Below are positions 16,109 to 23,942 of a stretch of 32,000 bases of DNA, one piece after another. How positions within the stretch are numbered: the stretch's first letter is position 1; every line of letters begins with the position of its first letter. A program made the translations under genes and the position numbers. The DNA comes from an uncultured bacterium (GTDB taxonomy: Bacteria; Auribacterota; JACPWU01). The DNA lies in contig CAZXEQ010000001.1 of assembly GCA_964640155.1 (NCBI GenBank), forward strand, positions 516,403 through 548,402. The letters are read 5' to 3'. The notes beneath the pieces were generated by a model. That model searched no databases, was not told where the DNA came from, and worked only from the letters and a program-made list of their open reading frames with translations.

Positions 16109-16154
16109 ATGATACGACTGGAAACCCTACAAGCGCTATGGGGTATTCACCCCA
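16109..16154 (-). promoter_or_regulatory. Island promoter copy E (minus strand): perfect dyad TGGGGT-GAAT-ACCCCA (16154-16139) plus TATCAT (16114-16109)
   Basis: Minus-strand reading is GTTGGGGTGAATACCCCATAGCG...GTCGTATCATGA. There is one extra spacer base and 24 rather than 23 nt between the proximal half-site and the hexamer. The downstream ATG is at 16081. Confidence 0.5.
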
Positions 16155-16203
16155 ACTCAAGATCTACTGTCTAGGGATAAACTAAAATCTAAAACAGAAT
16201 CTA

Positions 16204-16232
16204 TTTACCAAAGCAAATTTGATTGCTATAAT
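16204..16232 (+). promoter_or_regulatory. sigma-70-like promoter for the peptidase/ATP-grasp pair (TTTACC-17 nt-TATAAT)
   Basis: -35 TTTACC at 16204-16209, a 17-nt spacer and a perfect -10 TATAAT at 16227-16232, 27 nt upstream of ATG 16259. Confidence 0.4.
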
Positions 16233-16258
16233 TTTAGAGGAGCAAGTGACTATTACCT

Positions 16259-17335
16259 ATGGGTACAGCTAAAGCACTTTCAAAAGCTCAGAAAGACTTT
16301 CCTCTTCGGGGAACTGCCCCTCTTAAAAATATCTTAAGTCAAATCGATCAACACCATCCTCATATTTTATCTCAAAAAATTAGAGATTTAGGATTAAAAC
16401 TAGAAGGTTCTGTTCTTGAAAATCTTATTCAAAAACTATTTAAAGAATTAGAAGCAACAGGCATTTCCTTTAAACCTGCATGCTATCTTTCTAATGAATG
16501 GGGATGCCCTCATGGCATTCCCGCCATAGGTATTCCTTTCTATTTAGTCGACCATGAACTTTCTAAAATTGAACTCGAAACCATGCATGAAATTGAGGGA
16601 GAAAATGAAGATGAAATTATGAAGATTTTAAGACATGAAGCAGGACATGCTTTTAATTATGCTTATCAACTCTATAAAACGTCTGCATGGCGTAAAATTT
16701 TTGGAAAAATTTCTGAACCCTACAGTGATCACTATCGCCCAAATCCTTTCAGCAAAAAATTTGTGAAACATCTGGATAATTGGTATGCCCAAAAACACCC
16801 TGACGATGATTTTGCAGAAACTTTTGCCGTATGGATTACACCTGATTCTGATTGGCATAAACGCTATAAAGGTTGGGGCGCCTATAAAAAGCTGGAATAT
16901 GTTGGGGAAGTCGTTCGCAAATATGCAGGCAAACCCTCTAAAGTCACTTCTTTGGATCTTGACCAGCCTGTAGAGAAAATGGATATCACTTTAGAAGAAT
17001 ATTACGTCTCAAAACTTGAGGAAGTCAGCGACGAACTTCCCGAAAGATTTGACCCGGATCTGATTGAAATCTTTTCTAAAGAGATGCCAAATACTTCTCC
17101 AGCCGAAGCTTTTATTCAAGAACATAAAACCAATCTCATCAATACCATCTCAAATTGGACCGGAGAGAAAAAATACATTGTTCGCATGCTTCTAAGCAAA
17201 CTTTGCGAACGCACCAAAGAATTAAACCTTTTTGTTCTAGATTCAGACAGAGACAAGACGTATGCACATCTCTTGACCTATTGCACGACCCTGACCATGA
17301 ATTATCGCTATTTAGGGAGATTTTTTATTTACTAA
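16259..17335 (+). CDS. putative zinc metallopeptidase (HExxH; resembles the Peptidase_Mx family that co-occurs with ATP-grasp ligases)
   Basis: 358 aa. It has the zinc motif ILRHEAGHAFNYAY and a downstream acidic ligand region HPDDDFAETFAVWI. There is no signal peptide. Confidence 0.7.
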   Translation: MGTAKALSKAQKDFPLRGTAPLKNILSQIDQHHPHILSQKIRDLGLKLEGSVLENLIQKLFKELEATGISFKPACYLSNEWGCPHGIPAIGIPFYLVDHELSKIELETMHEIEGENEDEIMKILRHEAGHAFNYAYQLYKTSAWRKIFGKISEPYSDHYRPNPFSKKFVKHLDNWYAQKHPDDDFAETFAVWITPDSDWHKRYKGWGAYKKLEYVGEVVRKYAGKPSKVTSLDLDQPVEKMDITLEEYYVSKLEEVSDELPERFDPDLIEIFSKEMPNTSPAEAFIQEHKTNLINTISNWTGEKKYIVRMLLSKLCERTKELNLFVLDSDRDKTYAHLLTYCTTLTMNYRYLGRFFIY

Positions 17336-17362
17336 GAGTTTCCTGAAACAAGGAGAGTCTCT

Positions 17363-18382
17363 ATGAAAAAACTCAATATCACAATTCTAGCCAACAAAGC
17401 GCTTTCTCCAGAAGATCCCGGCTATGAAAAAATGGAAAAAGACTGGGATGAAGTGGAGCATGATATTTCAGACGCTTTGACCGCAAAAGGACATACCCCC
17501 CATATTTTAGGAATTAAAGAAAATGTAAAAGCCTTTCTAGATGGTTTGATGGAGCAAAAAACAGATATTGTCTTTAATGTCTGTGAAGCCTTTAGAGACA
17601 ATTCCCATCTTGAAATGCATATTGCTGCTGTACTTGAACTTTATGGGCTTAAATATACAGGATCTGGACCTCAAGGCTTACTCTTAGGCCAGAATAAAGG
17701 ACTCACCAAGGAAATTCTGGCCTATCATGGAATCAAATTTCCAAATTTTAAGATTTTTGCTCCCGGAGCTTCTGATCCACGCCCCTCTGATCTTAGATTT
17801 CCACTTATTGTAAAACCTTTAAAAGAAGATGCTTCTATTGGGATTAATGGGAATTCTATTGTAAAAAACGATGATCAACTCATGGAAAGAATTCATGACA
17901 TCCATGAAAAATTCAACCAAGAAGCCATTGTTGAAGAATACATTGAGGGAAGAGAGTTTTATGTGGGCATGATGGGCAATGAAAAATTAGAGCCCCTTCC
18001 CTTGATTGAACTTGATTTTGCAAATATTCCGGACAACAAACCTAAGGTTTATAGTTATCGTGCAAAATGGGATGCAAAATATAGAAAAGAAAAAGGGATT
18101 AAAAGTATTTTCCCAAAAGATATTTCTGAAGAACTGATTCAAAAAATCTATCAAACCTGTAAAACAGCCTATCACGCCTTAAGTTTTAGGGACTATGGTC
18201 GAATGGACATTCGAGTCACGCATGATCATGAAGTCTATATTATTGAAGGCAATCCCAATCCTTACATTGCCAAAGATGAAGACCTTCCTGATGCCGCTGA
18301 GAAAATGGGAATTTCTTATGAGGACTTCATTGAAAAAATTCTGCAATTTGCTTGGGAAAGATATAAGTCATCCGAGAAATAA
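17363..18382 (+). CDS. ATP-grasp ligase, D-alanine--D-alanine ligase-like family
   Basis: 339 aa, with SD AAGGAGAG. ATP-grasp motifs are FPLIVKPLKEDASIGI, AIVEEYIEGREFYVGMMG and YGRMDIRVTHDHEVYIIEGNPNP. It starts 27 nt after the peptidase gene. Confidence 0.85.
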   Translation: MKKLNITILANKALSPEDPGYEKMEKDWDEVEHDISDALTAKGHTPHILGIKENVKAFLDGLMEQKTDIVFNVCEAFRDNSHLEMHIAAVLELYGLKYTGSGPQGLLLGQNKGLTKEILAYHGIKFPNFKIFAPGASDPRPSDLRFPLIVKPLKEDASIGINGNSIVKNDDQLMERIHDIHEKFNQEAIVEEYIEGREFYVGMMGNEKLEPLPLIELDFANIPDNKPKVYSYRAKWDAKYRKEKGIKSIFPKDISEELIQKIYQTCKTAYHALSFRDYGRMDIRVTHDHEVYIIEGNPNPYIAKDEDLPDAAEKMGISYEDFIEKILQFAWERYKSSEK

Positions 18383-18722
18383 TCTCATTCTTGAATACCT
18401 TCTAAATCTACAAAAAAATACCCCACCTATGCCGTTAGAAAGACCTCTTTTGCGCAAAACCTCATTCATGTGGGTTCGCTATGTTCTATTTCAGACTACT
18501 CCGATTTTCACCGGAGCCTGTCATCCATAAACCAGGCAGCGTTCCCCGCTTTTCTTTTGTTGGCTAAAAGATATGTCTTCCCGTGACGTACACTGCAGGG
18601 TATTTTTTTAAATTCAATTTTAAAAGAGCACTAAAAACCAAAAATCTTTTATTTATAGTTAATATTTTCGACCTCTTTTTTGAGAAAAGCAAGTATTTTT
18701 TGAGGAAAAGAAAAAGAGGCCA

Positions 18723-18856
18723 TCTATAAAAATATGACCTTTATTGATGCGGGTGATGCTCGGCGGGGCGCCCCATCGAGCGCAACTTTTGCTGAGCACG
18801 ATGGGGCTGACGAGCAGCAGGACCCGCTACTTTTTCAAAGGTCATATTTTTATAGA
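18723..18856. repeat. Family-1 hairpin element, copy 2 (134 nt)
   Basis: Arms are TCTATAAAAATATGACCTTTA / CAAAGGTCATATTTTTATAGA. The core is about 86% identical to copy 1 by my hand alignment. It lies between the convergent ATP-grasp gene and pheT. Confidence 0.75.
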
Positions 18857-18910
18857 TAATTCTGCTATTCGAAGAATAAAAACCAGAGAGATAGGGATCT
18901 TCTAGAGAAA

Positions 18911-21286
18911 CTACCGAAATTGACAGCCCAAATTTTCAGTCAATTTGGATTTGATCTGACTTTCAAAAGTAACCACTTCTTCTTCTCTTAATGTCCCCTC
19001 CAAGGAGCGAAAGCATAAAGAAAAAGCCAAACTCTTCTTCCCCTGAGGGACCTGGCTACCCTGATAAACATCAAAAACTTTCACAGCCTCTAAAACAGAA
19101 GGAGCATTTTGATAAATTATTTTCAAGACTTCATCATGCGTCACCTGCTGATCTAAAATTAAAGCAATGTCTCGGGTGACACCCGGATATCGAGGAAGTT
19201 CAGAAAATCGAGGGTTTTCTCCAGAAGCTTTCAAAAGTTTTTCCAAATGAATCTGGGCCACATAAACCTTTTGCTTTAAGTCAAATTTTTTGGAGATATC
19301 GGGATGAATTTCGCCTAACCATCCTACTGAATTTTCATTTAAAAAAATTTCTGCCGAACGACCTGGATGAAAAGTTTCATTTTGGCCTTGTTGATATTTC
19401 ATTTTATCCAATCTTAAAATTTTAAAAAATTCTTCAACAATCCCTTTTAAATAAAAAAAGTCTATATCTATCTCCTCTTTCCAAGGACCCCCCACTTTTC
19501 CCATCATCGCCAAAGCAAGATGAGCAGATTCTTCTCGAGGAATTGAAAAACAAGATCCGATCTCAAACTGACGAACATTAAGATTCTGATGATGTTCATT
19601 CAAAGCCAGACTGCGTAAAAGATTTGGGATTAGGCTTGTTCTTAAATGCGACAAATCCTGACGAACTGGATTGATCAATGAAGGGGCTGTCTCTACAGGA
19701 ACTTTTGCTTTTTTTAAGTAATCGGGTGAGATAAAACTATATGTAATCGCTTCCGAAAGTCCTAATCCCTGTAAAATATTTTTTGAACATTGCTGTAAAA
19801 TATGTGAATGTGAAAAAATTTGATTCTTTTCGTCAAATTGAATCACCGGAGAAACAGCAGGGACTTTCTCATATCCCCAAATTCTCACAATTTCCTCAAT
19901 TAAATCAACTTCCCTTTCTAAATCAGGTCGATAAAGAGGAACTTGAACAGACCAGATTTCATTTGATTGTTTCTCAATCTGAAAATCTAATTTTCCGAAA
20001 ATCTGTTCCATCTCATTTGACGAAATCGGAGCGCCTAAAATGTTTTGACACCGTTTGGGGCGAAAATTGATTTTGCGAAAAGAAATCTTTTGAGGATAAA
20101 CATCTTGAATTTCTAAATCTAGAACTCCACCTGCCACCTGTTGAATTAAAAAACAAGCTCGATCCAAAGCTTCTTTTAAACCCATCGGATCCACTCCTCT
20201 TTCAAATCGATAAGAAGATTCAGAACTTAAAAGCAAAGCCTTAGATGTTTTACGAATGGTCTTGGGGTCAAAATAAGCACATTCAAGAAAAATGTTCTGA
20301 GTGTTTTCATCTACTTGCGTCCCTTTGCCACCCATAATGCCCGCTAACGCAATGGGACGACTCTTATCTGCAATAATCAGCATGGAAGAATTGAGCGGTC
20401 TCTCTATATCATCCAAAGTCAAAAGTTTTTCTTCTGGTTTTCCCCAACACACCAAAATTTCATTGCCTTGAATTTTCCCAAGATCAAACGCATGCATGGG
20501 ATGTCCAAGCTCAAGTAAAATAAGATTAGTAACATCCACTACATTATTGATCGAGCGCTGTCCCATACGTTCCAACCGCTGCTTTAACCAATAAGGCGAA
20601 GACCCTATTCTGACATTTTGAATAATCCGTCCCATATATCGAGGACAGGCGTCAGGCGCTTCAATCTTAATTTGCATCTTTTTAGAAGAATTTTTTTGAT
20701 CTATTTTTAAATCACTTTGAGGAGCACGAATCTTTTGGCCGGTCATCGCCGCAATTTCTCGAGCAATCCCTCGAATGCTTAAGGCATCCGGTCTATTGGG
20801 AGTCACATTTAAAACTAAAGCCATATCTTGAAGTTTTAAAGCATCGACAATATTTTCTCCTTTAGGAAAAGATTCTGGGAAAATCCATATCCCTTGTATA
20901 TCACTTGGAAAACCCAATTCGCTTTTTGAACAAAGCATCCCTTGAGAAAATTCTCCTCGAATCTTTGAAGAAGTTATTTTTTTATCTCCAGGCAATTGAG
21001 CTCCATCCAAAGCAACAGGAACAAAATTTCCAATCGAAATATTTTTAGCCCCGCACACAATGCGCAAGATCTCTTTACCTACATTGACATTGCAAAGACT
21101 TAAACGATCTGCATTGGGATGAGGATGAATTTCAAGAATTTCACCTACGACTACATTAGAAAAATTTGCAGAGAAATCTTCAACAGCCTCCACTTCAAAA
21201 CCTGCCATGGTCAGTCGATGGCAAAGCTCTTCTGTTGAGAAATCCCAATCCACAAACTCACGCAACCAACTTAATAAAACTTTCAT
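18911..21286 (-). CDS. pheT: phenylalanine--tRNA ligase beta subunit
   Basis: 791 aa. It has the N-terminal tRNA-binding domain (MKVLLSWLREFV...GEILEIHPHPNADRL) plus B3/4, B5 and FDX-ACB-like regions, and sits downstream of pheS. Confidence 0.95.
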   Translation of the reverse strand: MKVLLSWLREFVDWDFSTEELCHRLTMAGFEVEAVEDFSANFSNVVVGEILEIHPHPNADRLSLCNVNVGKEILRIVCGAKNISIGNFVPVALDGAQLPGDKKITSSKIRGEFSQGMLCSKSELGFPSDIQGIWIFPESFPKGENIVDALKLQDMALVLNVTPNRPDALSIRGIAREIAAMTGQKIRAPQSDLKIDQKNSSKKMQIKIEAPDACPRYMGRIIQNVRIGSSPYWLKQRLERMGQRSINNVVDVTNLILLELGHPMHAFDLGKIQGNEILVCWGKPEEKLLTLDDIERPLNSSMLIIADKSRPIALAGIMGGKGTQVDENTQNIFLECAYFDPKTIRKTSKALLLSSESSYRFERGVDPMGLKEALDRACFLIQQVAGGVLDLEIQDVYPQKISFRKINFRPKRCQNILGAPISSNEMEQIFGKLDFQIEKQSNEIWSVQVPLYRPDLEREVDLIEEIVRIWGYEKVPAVSPVIQFDEKNQIFSHSHILQQCSKNILQGLGLSEAITYSFISPDYLKKAKVPVETAPSLINPVRQDLSHLRTSLIPNLLRSLALNEHHQNLNVRQFEIGSCFSIPREESAHLALAMMGKVGGPWKEEIDIDFFYLKGIVEEFFKILRLDKMKYQQGQNETFHPGRSAEIFLNENSVGWLGEIHPDISKKFDLKQKVYVAQIHLEKLLKASGENPRFSELPRYPGVTRDIALILDQQVTHDEVLKIIYQNAPSVLEAVKVFDVYQGSQVPQGKKSLAFSLCFRSLEGTLREEEVVTFESQIKSKLTENLGCQFR

Positions 21287-21391
21287 AATAACTTTCTATT
21301 TAAAATCTTTACAAAACTTTGTTCAGAGATTGCTCCAAAAGAGTCATTTTAACAATCCCTAAGATTTTTCTAAGATCCTCTCACTGTCACA

Positions 21392-21513
21392 GTCTGATCA
21401 AAAAGCCTCAAGATGCAAGGCGCATGCAAGTGACTGCGGAGGCGTATATTTTCTAATACGCCGCACAAAGAAACGTAGCGTGCAACGAAGCAGATTGGGC
21501 TTTTTCATCAGAC
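21392..21513. repeat. Family-2 hairpin element, copy X (122 nt), inside the pheS-pheT spacer
   Basis: The outer stem is GTCTGATCAAAAAGCC / GGCTTTTTCATCAGAC (one mismatch). Conserved flanks are TGCAAGGC...TGCAAG.GACTGCGG and CGCACAAAGAA.CG.AGCG..CA.CGAAGCAG. The apical hairpin is GGCGTAT/ATACGCC. On the minus strand it starts 2 nt after the pheS stop codon. Confidence 0.7.
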
Positions 21514-21515
21514 TA

Positions 21516-22556
21516 CTAAAACTGCTTTAAGAACCTATCATCATTTTCAAAAAATAATCGTATGTCATTAATCCCATATTTCAACATCGCAATTCGCTCA
21601 ACACCCATACCAAATGCAAAGCCTGTGTATTTTTCTGAATCATATCCTACCGATTCAAGAACTTTGGGATGTACCATGCCAGCCCCTAATACTTCTAGCC
21701 AGCCCCGGGAAGAACAGACACGACAGCCAGAGCCTTCACAAACAGAGCAAGAGACGTCGACTTCAGCACTGGGTTCAGTAAAAGGGAAAAAACTGGGACG
21801 AAAACGAAGTTTGGCCTTATCACCAAAAATCTTTTTAGCAAAATAGGTTAGAACAAACTTCAAATGACTAAAACTCACATTTTCATCGATCAAAAAACCT
21901 TCTATTTGATGAAACATGGGCGAATGCGACACATCCACTTCGTCTCTGCGATAAACTCTACCTGGAGCAATGATGCGAAGCGGAGGTTTACGCTCTTTCA
22001 TAACATGGATTTGAATTGGGGAAGTATGTGTTCTCAACAAAAGTTCATTGGAAAGATACAGGGTATCTTGCATATCTCTTGCGGGATGATCTTTGGGAAT
22101 ATTTAAGGCCTCAAAATTATAATAATCTGTTTCAATCTCTGGGCCTTCTTCAATCGAAAAACCAATTTGCACAAAGGCTTGAATGATTTCATCTCTTACT
22201 TGTGTGAGGGGATGTAAATGCCCATGGTTTTTAGAGAGCCCTGGCAAAGTAACATCTAAGGTTTCTGATTTAAGTTGAATATTTCTTTGATGAGATTCTA
22301 GTTTGAGACGTGTGTTTTCAAGAAGTGATTCGACTTTGGCTTTACCCGCATGAATCAATTGTCCTACTTGAGGTCGATCTTCAGAAGAAAGGGTTCCTAG
22401 CTGTTTTAAAAGTTCTGTAATCAGGCCTTTGCGGCCTAAAAAATGAACTCTTTTTTCTTCTAGGCAATCCAAGGTAGAGAGTTGTGGGATAGCTTTCTGG
22501 GCATCCGCTACAATGCCATCAATTGTCTTAGTCCATGTCTCAACAGATTGATTCAT
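21516..22556 (-). CDS. pheS: phenylalanine--tRNA ligase alpha subunit
   Basis: 346 aa with class II aaRS motifs (HPLTQVRDEI, FRPSFFPFTEPSAEVD, GMGVERIAML). Confidence 0.95.
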   Translation of the reverse strand: MNQSVETWTKTIDGIVADAQKAIPQLSTLDCLEEKRVHFLGRKGLITELLKQLGTLSSEDRPQVGQLIHAGKAKVESLLENTRLKLESHQRNIQLKSETLDVTLPGLSKNHGHLHPLTQVRDEIIQAFVQIGFSIEEGPEIETDYYNFEALNIPKDHPARDMQDTLYLSNELLLRTHTSPIQIHVMKERKPPLRIIAPGRVYRRDEVDVSHSPMFHQIEGFLIDENVSFSHLKFVLTYFAKKIFGDKAKLRFRPSFFPFTEPSAEVDVSCSVCEGSGCRVCSSRGWLEVLGAGMVHPKVLESVGYDSEKYTGFAFGMGVERIAMLKYGINDIRLFFENDDRFLKQF

Positions 22557-22684
22557 ATAAAGCGTTCCTCGTATCTCCTTCAGGGGCTAGAAAATCTTGT
22601 CTAGTGAAGCGTATCTCGTCGAATAAACAAAAAACAATACACTCTAACAACGAAATACGAGATACGAATAACGAACAGCGTTTT
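22557..22684 (-). promoter_or_regulatory. rplT-pheS spacer with three mutually complementary segments (possible translational-coupling or attenuator leader)
   Basis: On the minus-strand RNA, S1 CGCUGUUCGUUAUUCGUAUCUCGU (22680-22657) can pair with S2 CGACGAGAUACGC (22621-22609, 10 bp) or with S3 GGAGAUACGAGGAACGC (22578-22562). S3 contains the pheS SD GAGGAA. Confidence 0.4.
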
Positions 22685-23035
22685 TTACAATGCTTTCTTA
22701 GCTGTCTCGACAAGGCTGGAAAAAACTTCTTTTTGATTTACAGCCAAGTCTGCCAAAATCTTACGATTCAAAACAATTCCAGCCTTTTTTAAACCAGAAA
22801 TGAATTTGCTGTAAGAAATGCCTAATTCCTTACTGGCGGCTCCAATTCTCGTAATCCAAAGACCTCGAAAATCTCTTTTTTTGGCAAGACGATCACGGTA
22901 AGCATAGCGAAGCGCTTTGAGAAGCGTGAATGTCGCTAGCTTATAATTGCGACGGGCATTGTAAAAACCCTTAGCTAGTTTTGTTTTCTTTTTTCTCCTC
23001 GCACGTCCGGCAGGAGCATTTGTAGAGCGCGGCAT
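22685..23035 (-). CDS. rplT: 50S ribosomal protein L20
   Basis: 116 aa, [34 protein letters not shown]...; a typical L20. Confidence 0.95.
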   Translation of the reverse strand: MPRSTNAPAGRARRKKKTKLAKGFYNARRNYKLATFTLLKALRYAYRDRLAKKRDFRGLWITRIGAASKELGISYSKFISGLKKAGIVLNRKILADLAVNQKEVFSSLVETAKKAL

Positions 23036-23110
23036 ATATATTTTCCCTTATCGTAAAAATTTACTTACAAAAATAAGTTTACAGTTAACAGTGTACCGAA
23101 AAATGACTGA

Positions 23111-23308
23111 CTACCCATTCGGAAGAAGGCGCTTGATACGACCTACATCTGAAGGATCAACAACTTTAGATCCCCTTAAAGTAAGCTTTCTCTTCTGTTT
23201 TTTATGGGCCATCAAATGACTTCCAAAAGCACTGTAACGAAGAACCTTACCGGTTCCTGTAATTTTAAATCTTTTTTTTGCACCTTTATTCGTCTTAATC
23301 TTTGGCAT
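23111..23308 (-). CDS. rpmI: 50S ribosomal protein L35
   Basis: 65 aa, MPKIKTNKGAKKRFKITGTGKVLR...; a typical L35. Confidence 0.95.
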   Translation of the reverse strand: MPKIKTNKGAKKRFKITGTGKVLRYSAFGSHLMAHKKQKRKLTLRGSKVVDPSDVGRIKRLLPNG

Positions 23309-23326
23309 AAAATTTTCCTTATTTCT

Positions 23327-23878
23327 TTACGCACCCGCCGGATGAGCCACCTTACCGCGGCCTGGAGCAATCGTCATAATCATACTTCGTCCCAAAAGTT
23401 TAGGATACTGTTCTACAGCTCCAACTTCAGCAACATCATTTATCAAACGATCCAAAAGACGTTTCCCAAATTCCATATGGGCCATTTCACGTCCTCGAAA
23501 CATCATCACTGCCTTGACCTTATTCCCTTTTTGCAAAAACTCTACAATATGTCTTAACTTTACTTCGTAATCATGATTTTCGATATTAGGATGAAATTTC
23601 ATTTCCTTAATTTTCACCACATGCTGCTTCTTGCGAGCTTCTTTCTCCTTGCGGGTTTGCTCGTAACGAAATTTCCCAAAATTAATGACGCGACAGACAG
23701 GAGGATCTGCATCGGGAGCAACTTCCACCAAATCAAGACTACGGCTTACGGCCAAAGCCAAAGCTTCTTCTTTAGTAAGAATACCTACTTGACGACCTTC
23801 GTCGTCAATCGTCCTCACCTTTGGAGCACGAATTTCATGATTCACTCGAACATGCATTATAGGAGAAACCCAAACCAC
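23327..23878 (-). CDS. infC: translation initiation factor IF-3 (start codon uncertain)
   Basis: The ORF contains VNHEIRAPKVRTIDDEGRQVGILTKEEAL...KEMKFHPNIENHDYEVKL. The maximal ORF starts at GTG 23878. In-frame ATA 23860 and ATG 23857 are alternatives, and IF-3 genes often use unusual start codons. Confidence 0.9.
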   Translation of the reverse strand: MVWVSPIMHVRVNHEIRAPKVRTIDDEGRQVGILTKEEALALAVSRSLDLVEVAPDADPPVCRVINFGKFRYEQTRKEKEARKKQHVVKIKEMKFHPNIENHDYEVKLRHIVEFLQKGNKVKAVMMFRGREMAHMEFGKRLLDRLINDVAEVGAVEQYPKLLGRSMIMTIAPGRGKVAHPAGA

Positions 23879-23942
23879 CTTTCCTAATAAAATTTAAGTG
23901 CGAAAAAGGTATCATAAAAGAAATTTCAATGCAATGAGAAAA

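Noticed and set aside
18195-18722. The 111-aa ORF 18195-18530 and the 340-nt gap after the ATP-grasp gene might hide a gene.
   Set aside because: The ORF overlaps the ATP-grasp 3' end out of frame and has no SD. I found only 33-aa ORFs of no recognisable type on either strand, so I treat the gap as non-coding.
18807-18813. CTGACGA in family-1 copy 2 resembles the hammerhead ribozyme CUGANGA core.
   Set aside because: Copy 1 reads CTGACAA at the same position. There is no GAAA box or stem II/III arrangement. These bases are already explained by the TGCTCG/CGAGCA helix.
22601-22642. Possible pheL-like leader peptide (GTG)YCFLFIRRDTLH in the rplT-pheS spacer.
   Set aside because: It has only two Phe codons, a GTG start without an SD, and the attenuator terminator expected for the E. 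coli-type mechanism is absent.
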